Shown here piece after piece: positions 11,472 to 25,190 of a stretch of 63,815 nt of DNA. A program made the translations under genes and the position numbers. Each line of letters opens with the position of its first letter. The first letter of the stretch is position 1. Source of the stretch: Octopus bimaculoides (Eukaryota); assembly GCF_001194135.2 (NCBI RefSeq), contig NC_068981.1, positions 11,480,753 to 11,544,567 of the forward strand, given 5' to 3'. Below the pieces are notes generated by a model. That model made no database searches and was not told where the DNA came from. It was given only the letters and a program-made list of their open reading frames with translations.

Positions 11472-13350
11472 TCAGACAGATAATACTTTTCTTAAGATGT
11501 GCTCTGTGCCTAACAAGGCTACAATTTGCAAAACAGCAGTCTTATATGGGATTTCTAATTGCTGATCACCACTATCATCTCTTTTATATATACCCTCTCG
11601 CATTCCATACAATCTTGCTATTTCCACTTTTAATTCGGAGAATTTGCTGATATTTTCAACCTCTTTACTCACAACATTCATGTCATTTGGTATGGCTATA
11701 TCAATGATCTGACAGTATTTGTCTCTCTAATCAATACGGCAATATCTTGCCGACGTTGTTGGATTACACCATCCGTCTGAAAATCATAGTACCAGAATTT
11801 CGTTCCTTTTTCATCCTCCTGCATAATTTACTCTGTTGCTTCATATTGGAATTTGCGGCTTCAGAGCCAATGAAGATACACACGCACTTTATCGTGTCGG
11901 CGCTTATATTCTTTTTGTGCAAGGCCCTCACATCCACTTACCAAGTGGGTCACATTTTCCACACTCTTTCCACAGACTCTGCATTTCTGGGTGTCAGAAG
12001 CCTTATAGATGTTACACTTCCTTGTATTGGTAGCGAGAGCGTGGACTTGCGCAGCAATGATCAGGTTTCGGTAGTACGCTTCAAATCACCTCTCTAAAGC
12101 CATGCCCACGATACTGTACTATATTTAACGTCCTATATATTCCTTTCAAACTGTCCGTGAATTCTCATTTCAAGAGGGTCTTCTTTTCTCTTCGCTTCAG
12201 CTTTTTGATTAAACTCTTCCTTGCCGATTATTTCCTTTGCACTTACACCCATATCTTTCACAGCATATTCCCGCAGGTCTTCACTACTATTTATCAAATC
12301 CTCGTCAAGTATTCTCCCTTCACTCCTTAAACAATGGTCTATAGTAATTTGTCCTTTGCCATATCTGACCACTGCAACTGCGCAGATATTCATTGCAGTA
12401 ATCAAATTTTTGGCACTGAGGTTGGATTTCATCACTATCTTTACCCTCTTTTGATACGCATCGCTAAACTTGACTTTCATTTCTCTTTGTAGAATATTAT
12501 CCAGCTCCCAAATCCCTAAATACCAAACCCACTACCGTCGGGTTCATCCATGGTCTCTCCTGATGGTAACCACAATCCTCTTCAGGATGCTTTCTTCCCT
12601 CTTTTCATATCAAGTACTGAGCATTTGGTAATCCCAAATTCCACACCGATGTCTCTACCACACTTCTGGACTGTGTTGGTTAAGGAATCTATCTGTTTTT
12701 TTTTTCAAGTTCCAGTCTTCTATTTTTCTCAGATCTTGTCTTAAAATCTTCACTTTATTTTGTAGTCTCTTTTTCCAAATTTGCTCTCTTCTAAATTTTC
12801 CTTCCGGTATACCTAATCTAATACCTACTACACCTCTTGCAGAGATCGCTGAGCTCGTGTAATCGATATTTTTAGTATCTATCTACTGATAACAGAACCT
12901 ACTTTGCTCGTCATAACTAGCAGCTTCTTCCGTTGGTACCTCATAATTCTAGTAATGTGATTCATATTTATTCATTACTTCCTGCAACTCATCTAAAAGT
13001 TTCTGATCTTTCTTACATAAGTCGCTTACGTCGCCGGTGCCAGTTGCTCCTTCCTGGCCGGTTGTACTGTTATCATTTATTTTCATTTAGGTTCTACTTT
13101 GCTTTGATCTGTATCTCTTTATCTCTTATATAGTATGACTTTTCTATTGCCTGGTTTTTCTTTTCAATTTCTCTTCCAAATTTGTCATCCACTTTCTTCT
13201 AATAGCATTAGAAGTCACTTTAAACATATCTTTCTTTGGCCAAAACGTTAACATCCGTTTTCTATGACCCCTTCTTTTAGGTTCACTTTCTAAGTAGCAC
13301 TGCATTACTATCCTGTTTTCTGCGCAGGTCCATTCCTGCTCCTTACTCTA
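11472..13350 (-). mobile_element. R4/Dong-like RLE non-LTR retrotransposon, family E, with a large internal RT deletion
   Basis: In order on the minus strand: N-terminal EWTCAENRIVMQCYLESEPKRRGHRKRML; WKKRLQNKVKILRQDL; late RT IDSLTNTV..DIGVEFGITKCSVL; thumb KRVKIVMKSNLSAKNLITAMNICAVAVVRY; CCHC CRVCGKSVENVTHLVSGC with RRHDKV; RLE DFQTDGVIQQRRQDI..DIAIPNDMNVVSKE..LLGTEHILRKVLSV*. Several stops and frameshifts. Confidence 0.85.
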
Positions 13351-13449
13351 TTATCTCTGATGCTGTCGTAAGATAACATCTGTTGTCAGCCTGCATCTTT
13401 ACTGCACCACCGCTATTACCACCAATGTTTCTGGACAAACTTTATATCA

Positions 13450-13890
13450 TAAAATGAGATTAAGTAATGTTCGTCACCGTTATTACCACCACTATTATGT
13501 TTCGACATCCGATAGTTTCGAGTAACTTTCTATCGATTCACTTGCAGTACTTTCGTGATGGTGAAGTGTATACTTCATTTTTTTTTCTTTGGAGAGTATT
13601 GTATTGGTTCAGTATGTTTTGCTATGGGTTTTCTGTTGTATTAGTGTTTGTATTGTGTGTTGTTTGTGCAGTGCAGGTTCTTCTGTTGGGTATCACCCCT
13701 GTACAGCACATGTTGTGGGGTTTGTTAATTTTATTGAATATTTATTGTATGAGTTTATTCCAGTATAATTTGGTGGAGCGTTGCTTTGGAAAATGTGTAT
13801 ATCCCTACATTGTAGTCGTTGTTTTCTATACATCGCCCTGTTTTGGCTTTATTATTCGTTTTGCCAGTGGGATTAATAGATGAATAAGTC
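13450..13890 (-). mobile_element. Highly degenerate Penelope-like (GIY-YIG) 3' fragment
   Basis: Weak motifs VLYRGDTQQKNL (like YIGET.RNL), KPIAKHTE and TILSKEK, plus a tcggatgtcgaaacataat end typical of PLE termini. Confidence 0.35.
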
Positions 13891-14403
13891 TTTGCAGCGC
13901 TTATTTTTATTATTATATTTCGTCACAATGATACCTCCTATTTCTCCCTCCCGATCTCTTTAATCTTCATCCAATATATCCTCCTTCAACTTCTTTCTCT
14001 AATCCATCGCTCTTATATTCTCATTCTCCTTCACATCATCCCCTACCACTCTCACGATCTCGGACACAGATAATTTGTTCCCCGATTTCTACAAAGTCGT
14101 CTGCTTTCATTGAATATGTGTACAATAAAACTAATTATTACTGTTTGTATTTAATGAAAAGAGAGTCGTAATATCTGACAATGTTTAAAGAATAAAATAA
14201 AACGATATATACACTTTCTACTTATAAAATAAAAACTATATAGAGTAGTGTTTATTTTACGTCACCCTCTCGGAGTGTCTCATCTCTCTCTCTCGGTTTT
14301 TGAATACACACATACATACATACTTAATATATACTTACAAATTATATACATACGTATGTATGTGCATATATGTCTGAAAGAAACACTTTGTGTATCTTTA
14401 TGC

Positions 14404-14442
<39 letters not shown>

Positions 14443-15007
14443 GGGAGCGACTTCCGTTGTTGACAATACACGCCATGCGATATTGATGGATATCATTCAT
14501 AATTTATATATTATTTCTTTCTGTTAACAGTTTAAAAGTAAAATGCCACATTTTCTGTCCTCATTGATTAAATTGCACTTGAATACATGTGACAACGATG
14601 TCAAAACCAAAGTCAGCTGCGTCCTAGAAATGGAAATTTATTTAACTCGAATGTCTAGACCACTTACAAGATATAAAACATTTAATAGCAGAATGATACT
14701 TTATTTCTAAACGACAAGAGTAACCATTTGTGCAAAGTTATTTGGATTACAGTTTCTTCTGAAATAATCGTAATTGAATGATTTCAGGTAGTATTTCACG
14801 CAGTTCAGAGATGAGGATGTTTTTACAGTTGATACATATTTTATATTCGTTAGAAATGAGAGAAAATGATGGATAGCAATAATTAATGAGGAAACGGTGT
14901 CAGACTGTCTTGTAAGCTTAATCCATTTTACAGGCTGTTTTCGATAGTAAATTATTTAGGAGATCTTACAACTCTTGTGCGATTTGTGAATACAAAATAT
15001 ATAAATA

Positions 15008-15400
15008 GGCGTAGGGGTGGCTGTTTGGTAAGTAGCTTGCTTACGAATCATATGGTTTCGGGTTCAGTTCCACTGCGTGGCAGCTTGGGCAATGATCAAT
15101 GACAGGCTATAGTCTTCAACTATAGTCTCAAGCCGACCAAAGCCTTGTGAGTGGATTTGGATGACGGAAACTGAAAGAATCCCGTCGTATATATATATAT
15201 ATATATNNNNNNNNNNNNNNNNNNNNNNNNNNNNNNNNNNNNNNNNNATATGTGTGTGCCTGTGTCTGTCCACCCAACATCGCTTAACAACCGATGCTGG
15301 TGTGTTGACGCCCCCGTAACCTAGCGGTTCGACTAAAGGCTGTGCTCCAGCATGGCCACAGTCAAATGACTGAAACAAGTAAAAGAGTAAAAGAGAGTAA
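15008..15400 (+). mobile_element. tRNA-derived SINE, family B, with internal (TA)n/(TG)n microsatellite
   Basis: Head ggcgtaggggtggctgtttggtaagtagcttgc, B-box gggttcagttcc, body accaaagccttgtgagtggatttgg, tail ctccagcatggccacagtcaaatgactgaaacaagtaaaaga. Confidence 0.85.
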
Positions 15401-15959
15401 GAGTATTGTGAAGGGAAACGTTGAAATGACACATGGCATACTTACGTTTCAATGAATGAAAGAATTTTACACTGTGAAATATTGGGATGCAATTTTCGAA
15501 ATTATAGGAACATTTGGGGACTTTTCTTGAATAAAAGCATAGATAAATTGAGGTAGACTCTAAAACATCTGCAAAAAGCGTTTGGTGGGAATTTACTTCT
15601 TCAGTATGTAGTTTTGATTGCTATTCTACTGAGAATTGATTATCAAAGCAGTTTGCCTGAAATTTCCTCGAGAGACTCTAGGTGAGACAGAACTTTCCTT
15701 AAGTGAAGTGTTCAGCCCGCGCAGTATGGTGATTAAGTGCTTATGGCGAAGGTGTCACGTCTGGAAATAAATGGCTCTTTTCCCACCACCAGCCTCACAT
15801 GAACTATATGATTATAGAAGTTACACGCTTTCTTCTCACTAAAGTAGTAAAATTACAAAAGATAGTTAATATAATGACATTGACTTCCATTTGTAAGTTC
15901 ACTTAAGTTAGAACAATATCAAAAGTAAACTGTCAACAATTAATTAAAAATTACACTAC

Positions 15960-16123
15960 ACCAATAACAACTTGAAAAGGTTCCTAAACTTGGAAAATGG
16001 GTGCCTCATGAATTGTCCGAAAGCAACCACATATCCCAAGTTGACATCTGCTCTTCTAACCATTCTCATGAACTCATTTCATCCTTTTTGGATAGACTTG
16101 TGACTGGTGGCGAAAAATGGATC
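15960..16123 (+). mobile_element. Mariner transposase fragment
   Basis: KLGKWVPHELSE...FLDRLVTGGEKWI contains the mariner WVPHEL motif and the first catalytic region (VTGDEKWI, here D to G). It runs into a gap. Confidence 0.85.
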
Positions 16124-18059
16124 NNNNNNNNNNNNNNNNNNNNNNNNNNNNNNNNNNNNNNNNNNNNNNNNNNNNNNNNNNNNNNNNNNNNNNNNNNNNN
16201 NNNNNNNNNNNNNNNNNNNNNNNAAATGTTAGGCAATAAAAAGCAGCGCGTAGCTTATTGGAAGATGGCGGTAAGTTACCCATTACATGACACGCACCCT
16301 GAATGCTTCCGCAGAATTTAGACATAAGTATAAGTTTAGAATATCATTGCAGTATGCAGTTACGATGTGTATTTTCAATATGCTACTGCCCTGTATGCAT
16401 CTTTCAAAAGTCGTTTTCATCTCTTCATCTTTTTACCGATGAGAGATTCTGTTCTCTAGTTTGTTGCATCAAGTGGGATAGAACACGAAATGACAGGATT
16501 GTGAAACGAGTTAAGTTCAAAATACTTAGTTTCGAAGAGTAATAGAAATACACCGTTAACAAATTGCTATTTATTATAACAAGTAAATAATAATTTCTGA
16601 TATTGGTATAAGAAAACACAGCTTTGGAAAAAGGTAGAGTTCACTAACACATCTCCAGCATTAAAGAATGATAAACAAAAAAGATATGATATAGATAAAT
16701 TAACAAATCCTGAAAGGTTGCCACTGGGTATTATCAAGTTACTAACAAATCTGAACTTCCAATCTTACTGATAAGTAATTCAGACTATAATCAAAATTAG
16801 CAAATCTTCAACAAATCTCGCTATGTCAAAATTCATATAACTTGATGTTGGGATTATATCCATTTCTTAAATGGATATCTCCTTGTTTGAATGACAATGA
16901 CATTCATGATAAGTCTATGGACAGAATAAAGTATTTACGTCTCTATCTATTATTGTAACCTTTTGCGATTGCTACCAGAGACGTATCGTCTGGTTATAGC
17001 ATTATTATACTGTTTGGGCATAAGCATTTTCTATGGTATATTTGAGATGCGGAAAGTACATGTCCTCAATGAATGAAGTTTTCATCTGTTCGGTAGATAC
17101 GAGAAACAAGCCCATACCTTTTTATATCTTAATAGATCTCCTTACAAAAGAAAAGGGTTTCACCGTAGTAGCCGATGAAATACTGGGAGGAAATCTACCA
17201 GCCTAATGATAGCTGCAAGTGTTTGGTCAAGCCAAGGGCTAGGAGTTTTGTAGAAATCCAGGAAATCATATTTTGCGAAAAATTAGATATGAGGAAAAAA
17301 TTAATAGTTAACACAAGATATAATATACATATACACGAATGAAAGTGAGAGCATATCAATAAAAAATGGAAAGAAAATCTGAAAGAAACATTTAAAATTC
17401 AAATTGCTAATTTTTAATTCAACAACAAATTTATGTTTACCATCTTTGTAATCATTAGGAAATGTTTGAATGATAGAAGAATTTCCGTTAATATCGATGA
17501 GTAAAGGTAATATATGCACATAGGTATACAATGCCTACAAATATTACGAATTTCTATTATTCATAATGGCGTGTTTGTGTGTTTCAGTTATCAAGTTTCT
17601 CGTCCAATCCGACAATGCTGCACCGTAGTAAAATATCCCATAACTTAATCCCGAGTGGTCGAAGGTCTTGTGAATTGAATTTGGTAGCCATAAACCGAGT
17701 TGCACTCCACTGGAGAAAACTATATTCTTCTTTCATTGCCAAATTTAGCACTACCATCTCTTGCACTTTTGCAAGTGTTTCGACTGGGAACATTTCACCT
17801 TTTCTTGATAACTTCACCCTTTCTTGGAATCAATCATGACGACACTAAAAGGATTAATGGTACTCCTTTTCTTCTCCGCAGTCATTAAATCGCAGACAAT
17901 GAAACCAACAATTTAATTATATAACATTATTGTCATAATAACAAATCATTATGATAATTTTTAGAAGATATATTGTCAAGAGCGATATTGTATTCTTCTA
18001 TTCTATTCCTGATAGATTGAGTCATGAAACAAAATTTTAAAAATCTATAGAAACGGACA

Positions 18060-19200
18060 GCTTTTTTTTGGCAAACTTTCAAGAATTTGATCGACGAACA
18101 AATCACTACTGGTTGCTAACATTAATTAAAAATATCGATTTAGACGATTTATTATTAAAATATAACGTGGGTGGCAGGAACAGCGTCAACAAACCCAAAA
18201 AATCCTGCTTAGAGCAAACATCATGTCATACAATTTGGGTCCTGATGTAATATAAATAACGTTTCCCGGACTCAAAATTATATAGCAACATAAAAGAAAC
18301 AGGAAAATCAGGAAGTATTTCTACAACATAAACTATTTAAACAGACCCTGGAGAAATAGAAAAATATGCTTAAAGCGTTGAAAACACGGGGCACAATTTT
18401 CAGTGATTAGTTGTTAAAGACACAAAAGTAACTTAAAGGTTAGCTGAATTGATTTGAAAGAGGGAAGACATTATAAAGAAGTTATGGTCTAAAGTCATTC
18501 TTGCACCGGTTAGAAATCAGTATAGAAATTATATTTATAATGTCAATAACAACAAAAAGGTCATTAGGTAATGTTAACAAACGAGGCACTAGCAAAGCAA
18601 AATCACTAGCTTTAAGAGAATTGAAAAATGTAGATTATTGTTTGTGGAAACAATACATAATTATGTAGCATAATAGTACTTAATGATATACAATAAGAAC
18701 AGTAAACTATGCACTATAACCGATTATTTTGAATGAAGTTTCTGATCCTAGTGATCTTTTATGCTTTGGAGTTGCACTGAAACATTAATAGAAGAATTAA
18801 CAAAAACAATCATGAAACCAAAGTCAATATTTAAAATGGAATTTGTAGGTAGAAAAAGAAAGAGAATACAATCAAGGGAATCATAACTGAACAATTTCAT
18901 AGAATAATCGAAACCGTAAGTCGTATTATATATGAATATTTATTTAAGAGAAAGAGCTTTACAAATTATAATACAACAAATAGGACAGTAAGATACAAGG
19001 AAATTAATTAGATACCTAAAGATATCAAGTGGGGCTTAAAAGATAAGTTAGATTGTGACAAAACTAATGCAATTTTATAAGTGAGTGAATTGTCAAAAAA
19101 CAACAACAAAAAGAACGAAAGAATAGAAAAGAAACACCAAAACGAGACAGAAGAAAAAAGCAGACGAAGTTGGTATTTTCGAAATAGGTATTTTTTTCCT
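18060..19200 (+). mobile_element. Possible ancient L1/Tx1-like LINE relic
   Basis: Purine-rich, coding-like but stop-riddled sequence with only faint motifs (TDPGEIEKY; QYRNYIYNVN resembling NYRPI.LLN). Confidence 0.2.
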
Positions 19201-20602
19201 TGTTCTTTTGGTGATTACTATATCTTATATATTACGGAAGAGAAAACGAAAACAGTGTATAGACGAAAGTAATTACTTCAACAAATATCTCAGCTTTATC
19301 TATGAACTGAAGCCAAATACTAAATTAGGATTTTGTAGTTGTTATTGTTGTTTTGGTGGTGGTGATTGTTTAGTAATTAGTAAATACTGAATGGGCTGAG
19401 ACACTGCAGTCTTGACTATCGTGAATCTCTTGTATATCAGATACTACTCGCTGTCCTGGGTATCCTTGATTCTATCTACTGCTAATATTCAATTTGGTTA
19501 TTATTTATAACAGGTTGAGCCACCAACCAGGTGTTCCATTGCTGGCTCATTCACGTGTGTATGGTGGTCTGCAGTGAGTTTTTTTATTGATAAAGAGGGA
19601 GGAAGGGAAGGCAAAATATATTGTGTTACTCATTTTGTTCTATAGCCTCAGGTAAATCACAGTAGAAATGTATGTGATCAATATCATTCTATTGAATATC
19701 AATTTTGCTGTTTATCTAAGATTACAATTTCCATTTGTTCTTACTTTCATTTTGTAAAGCCAGCACTGTGAGATTTAAAACAAACTAGTTTCCTATAATT
19801 TCGAGGGAGAAAAACCACGTAATTGGATCGAGTTTTAGGTAGTGCAAGCTGTATAACATCCAATGAAAAAGAATCTCCAATGGTGTTATAATAATACTTT
19901 CACTTTCATGTGGTTCGAGTTGTGATTATTTTAATCACATCAGGGACACTATTAAAATAAGCACTGGTGATCCTTTTTGATGCCGGTGCTAACAGTTGTT
20001 AAAAAAGGAATGTAGAGAAGGCAAGAGATTTATAATTTAAGGACTGAAACGGTTTTACTGGTTGAATGGACTTACAAATTCTATCAAAAATATTTGAAAT
20101 AATTTAAATTACTACGCCGAGGTAGATGGAGGAGTTAGTTTCATAGCTCGGAGGAGTAGAATATTTTGGACATAACGTGCATGCACTTCACATTTAGAAT
20201 CTTCTCTAGTGAGATTCTCAGTCAGCTGACGTTATGTATATGTCTGTATGTCTGTCTCTATGCTTGTGTGCGCGTGTGACTGCGTATGTGTGTATCTGTG
20301 AATATCTTTGTGTGCGTGCGTGTGTGTATTTATATATAATTGAAAAACTGAACTTAACAAGAAGGGATACGGATGGGCATTTATATTTTAATCACTACTG
20401 TTCGTTTCCAAGCAGCGTAGTTCTCCAGATGTGTAGGTACTGTATTATGGAACTGTTTCCCTGAATTATGAGATTTACTTTTATTTCCTCAGGTGATCTG
20501 TAAATATCCTCGGCTTCAAGAACTTCCTTTCTGTCTGTCGTAGCCCGAATTTAGAAATAATCTCTGAGCTTATCAGTGTGTGTTGTTGTTGAAGAGCCAC
20601 AC

Positions 20603-20681
<79 letters not shown>

Positions 20682-20874
20682 ATACTCACACACACACACA
20701 CGTATATACACACATTTATACATGTACATACAAAGACACATACATACGTATATACCCACATGCTCCCAAATACAGATATGTACGTACATTCACACACACA
20801 TGTATGAATATATGTACATACATACATACACTCACACGTATATACATACACATATGCTTGTGTACTCATACACA

Positions 20875-20911
<37 letters not shown>

Positions 20912-21039
20912 NNNNNNNNNNTATATATATATATATATATATATATTTACTTACGTAGGTACATACATTCATGCAATGTAATATGACTCGACCCGCGTAC
21001 ACATAGATAGGTGTAGAGGAGAAGGAGAGAGTTCACTGA

Positions 21040-21097
<58 letters not shown>

Positions 21098-21586
21098 TCA
21101 CAGCGCTGAATCTTGAAAATGCACATCTGGCGTTATGAAATACTTTGCAAATACAGTAAAAGTGTTCATGAAACACACATCAAACAAATACAACATAATT
21201 CTAATATTATTTCTAAAATATGAACGTTCGCTATAGCAACCATATTCTGGAGAAGCGAACGGAGGCACTTATACTTTACATATGTATGTTGAATTAAGAT
21301 AAATTACATATTAGATATGGATGGGCAAATACGTATTTCAGTAAATAGATCTGTAGATATTTAGATTACTCTCGCACAGCATCTGTATTTCAAAATTGAA
21401 TGTTAGTATAAAACTTGTGCTTAATTTCTCTACGAACACTTAAGAGATTTCTCGAAGGATGAACAAAAACCATGAAATTAATCACTAGCACGTGGCTAAA
21501 GAAACAGCAGTTGTTAAAAATATTTAGCTGTTTCTTAAGTAGCTATAAACATCGTTCCTAGTTTGTACTAAGATATTCATTAACAG

Positions 21587-21709
21587 GTAAGTTGGGGAAT
21601 AGCCTCAAATAACCTAGGAACAAATGTCGCTGATTTAGAAGGGTATTTGAGTGATAAACGTATTAGCGAATTACGAAAGTATTGTTTGAATTTGTATGAT
21701 AGGCATAAC
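21587..21709 (+). CDS. Candidate 123-nt internal exon of an unidentified gene
   Basis: attcattaacag|GTAAGT...CATAAC|gtatgg, phase 0-0, open reading VSWGIASNNLGTNVADLEGYLSDKRISELRKYCLNLYDRHN. No family recognised. The same AG|GTAAGT could instead be a donor site. Confidence 0.2.
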
Positions 21710-22189
21710 GTATGGAAAGTGCATGCCTAATTAGAGACTCACTGTTGTAAATATATTAAGCTGACCTATATCACAAAATTTCTATATTAATTCAGTCACT
21801 TCACTGTCAATAATTAATTAAACGACAAAGATGAAAACTGTATCGCCAGAATATAAGCTCCGAGTTTAAATCACCTTGAATACAGAAAAATGAGTACGCT
21901 AATTTTCATCTAGAATATTCGCCTGATTGGTCTACCACAGTGTACGTGTGGCATTATATGCAAAGAAATACAGAAAGGGAGAGATTAGGAGAGGGAGAGA
22001 GAGAGAAGCAAAGAGACAGGCAGAGATAGCATAAGATAGAGAGAGACATTGATGTACCAGAAACTTTTGATATAATCTACTTCACTTAAAAAAGATATGC
22101 ATTCCCAATATCAGATATATATAGAAGGAAGATAAGAAAAAGAAAAGAAAGGAAGACCGACAAAACACAGAAACAAACAAACAAATAAA

Positions 22190-22220
<31 letters not shown>

Positions 22221-23224
22221 TAAGGAAAGAAAGAAATATGCCAAGTATAGAAAAAAATACTCTGAAGCATACTGAAAGAAAATACCTACAGCACCTAAAA
22301 GTGAAAATCATGTAAAAGAAATCATAAAAGTTATCGCGATTCGGTGCGTAAATCACGAATATTCAACTAGCAGACAGAAAACAAACTATGAATAACAAAA
22401 CAGAACGGAATCGGAATCTCGCATCCATGAAGAAAAAGCTGGCGCACAGAAGCCAAACCAGTACAAAACAAATGAAATTATGATCCAATGTGATGTGAGA
22501 AAGATTTCAGAATAGAAAATTCTGAAGATGTAAATTTTAAATAGGCCAAACATCTAAAGGTGAAAAATATGTAAATAATTAAATTCAAATATATGATTTT
22601 CCAATAAACCAATGAAAGATGAAATGCAGTGATAAAACAGCAGCGACAATCAAGCAGAGACCTGGCTTCGGTATACATTGTGAAAATAAAGGTGAAGACG
22701 AATATCAGCAGATGTAATCAAAGAATAACAAGGAAAATAAATGAGTTCTTACTGAAAATAATTGCATAAAATAACTAAACACAAACAAACATACAGGAAT
22801 ATAATAGAACAGGGAAGAGTGTATTTAAGAATGAATTGTTGATGAAATCAATAATGTACATATTCCAGTTAAGATAAGGAAAATTAAGAACTACAGCCCT
22901 GTAAGAAAAATAAGCCAGGAAAGCAAGAAACTCCTAAAAGAAGTGGTGCTCATTAAATCACAAAGAATCCATCGTTTTGAAAACAAACATCGATTTATTT
23001 CTAACAGAACAGCTTATTTGGCCACGAATCAAAAATAATTTCGTTACGTATAAGTAAACAGCAGATATTATACCAGGCAGTACAACAAGAGGATATTCAG
23101 AGATGGTAATTTTCAAACCTATTCCAATGACTGAATAAGAAATGATTGCGCATGTCAATACATGAATATCTCCAAATAAACTGAGTGAATAAGAACGCAT
23201 CTGGAGACAGTAATGTTATAAACA

Positions 23225-23546
<322 letters not shown>

Positions 23547-24009
23547 ATTGGGGTAATATTATGATAGGCACTCGTAGAGTTAATACAATTTTTAGTTTTA
23601 TTTCTTACAGAAAGACCCCCAAAACAGCACATGAGCTGGTCGGTGACAGGAAAGAAAATAAAATTTCCAACAGCCAAAGTAAAAGCAAAAGAAAAAAAAA
23701 AAGAAAAGAAAACCAGTCAACTCAAAACTTTAAAGACACCCACCCCCCTAACGTTCCCCCATGCAAGTTCTTAATTGAAAAGAAACTCACTTTCAGAGAG
23801 GAACACGAGGGATACTGCACAGGTTGACATAGAGTCATGTTTCAATAACTGACGAATAAAGTTTTATATTACTATCAGAATTCTGTTGATTCTGATATGG
23901 TCAACCATGAAGAAGGTGGTAATAATGGCTTCTGATATAAACAGGCAGAAAGAAACGTATAAACGCCGAGCTTGAGTTGCTTGAAAACGTCGAACATAGT
24001 TTTGACTTT

Positions 24010-24332
24010 TACTCTATTTTATCGTCCCGACAAAGATGAAAGTGAAAACTGACTTCCGTGGGATTTTAAATTATCTCGTGAAGAGCAAATAATTTCCCGA
24101 AAACCTAACGATTGCAACCATCCGCCACTCAAATACTTTCTAATGTTAGCCCAATCCCAAGAATTTGTTAGGCTGCATTGATCACATAAAGCAATGCAAG
24201 TAACAGGTACTGTATTTTATCGGTCCCAGAACCATTAAAGATAAATCTAATCTGGCTTTAGAGCTTAAGGAGCAGAAAAAATAATACAAGATATTTTGTT
24301 CGACACTAACAATTCTGTCCCTCATCCGCTCC
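24010..24332 (-). mobile_element. Two old, degenerate family A SINE copies in tandem
   Basis: Two occurrences of ttttatcg(g)tccc...aaag...ctaac(g/a)att...catccgc patterns that mirror family A. Confidence 0.4.
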
Positions 24333-24829
24333 GTATAATGGAATAGTAGTAATAATAATTATTAGGGTGAAAAAGCATCATTACAGATAAATTTGATGAT
24401 ACAGAAGAGATAAAATAAGAATTAAACACATTGCAGTTAGAAAAGGAACATTCTAAGGCGACTCTCACTTTTCATTCTTTTTCTATCCTTTATGACCAGC
24501 TTTAAACGATATGATGACAAATAATTCACCTGTAAGTGGCTATGAACGATCTCACGTTGTATGATAAGCAAAAACTGCTAGAGACTAAATAGATCTGCTA
24601 ATTGTATCCACGTAGATAAAAATGCCTTAGTAACCTTGAGGAAAATAAAAATATAGCCTACTAATATTATGTTTGATAACAAGATTACGATAGTAAAATT
24701 ACACTTTAGAAATACGTCAGAAGTGATTAACGACAGAAAGTACAGCTCACACAAATTAAGAAAAATTGTTCAAAGCATATAAACACTGCTAAATAGAGAA
24801 ATAATTTAATAGCAGTAGTTGTATTGGGA

Positions 24830-25190
24830 ACTTGCGCTGTAACAGAGCGTCAAGGCATTCATCATTTGTTAGTGATTCCCGACTACTCCTGGGGGATGAC
24901 GCATTTGCACCGATCAGGCGACAACCTTCCAGCCCGTGGATCTGTTTGGGTACTCGTTGCTTGTGAGAGTTTCACGGAGTCGGATTGCAAATCCTATCTT
25001 CATCGCTTTTAATCGGCTTTGTTGACCCTAGAGGTAACGTTGGGTCAATTATTTGGCACGCCAGTCCCCAGACAGCATTAGAGTAACGTGTAATGAAATG
25101 CTCTGTTCACGAACGCTATACGCCACCCGGTCCTAGAATCGAACCCACAATCGTCAGATCGTGAGTGCAGCGCCCGAACAACTAGGTCTA
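24830..25190 (-). mobile_element. tRNA-derived SINE with extended 3' body
   Basis: Minus-strand head tagacctagttgttcgggcgctgcactcacgatc...gggttcgattctagg, followed by a GC-richer body. The motif gccgattaaaag also occurs at ~925. Confidence 0.55.

Noticed and set aside
17036-17206. 57-aa ORF containing NKPIPFYILIDLLTKE, loosely like a MULE transposase motif, ending TAA TGA TAG
   Set aside because: The similarity is too short, and there are no other MULE motifs or TIRs.
17584-17915. 77-aa minus-strand ORF and a plus-strand signal-peptide-like mini-ORF MTTLKGLMVLLFFSAVIKSQTMKPTI*
   Set aside because: No recognisable family (only a faint piggyBac-like GIKLW) and no usable splice donor after the putative signal peptide.
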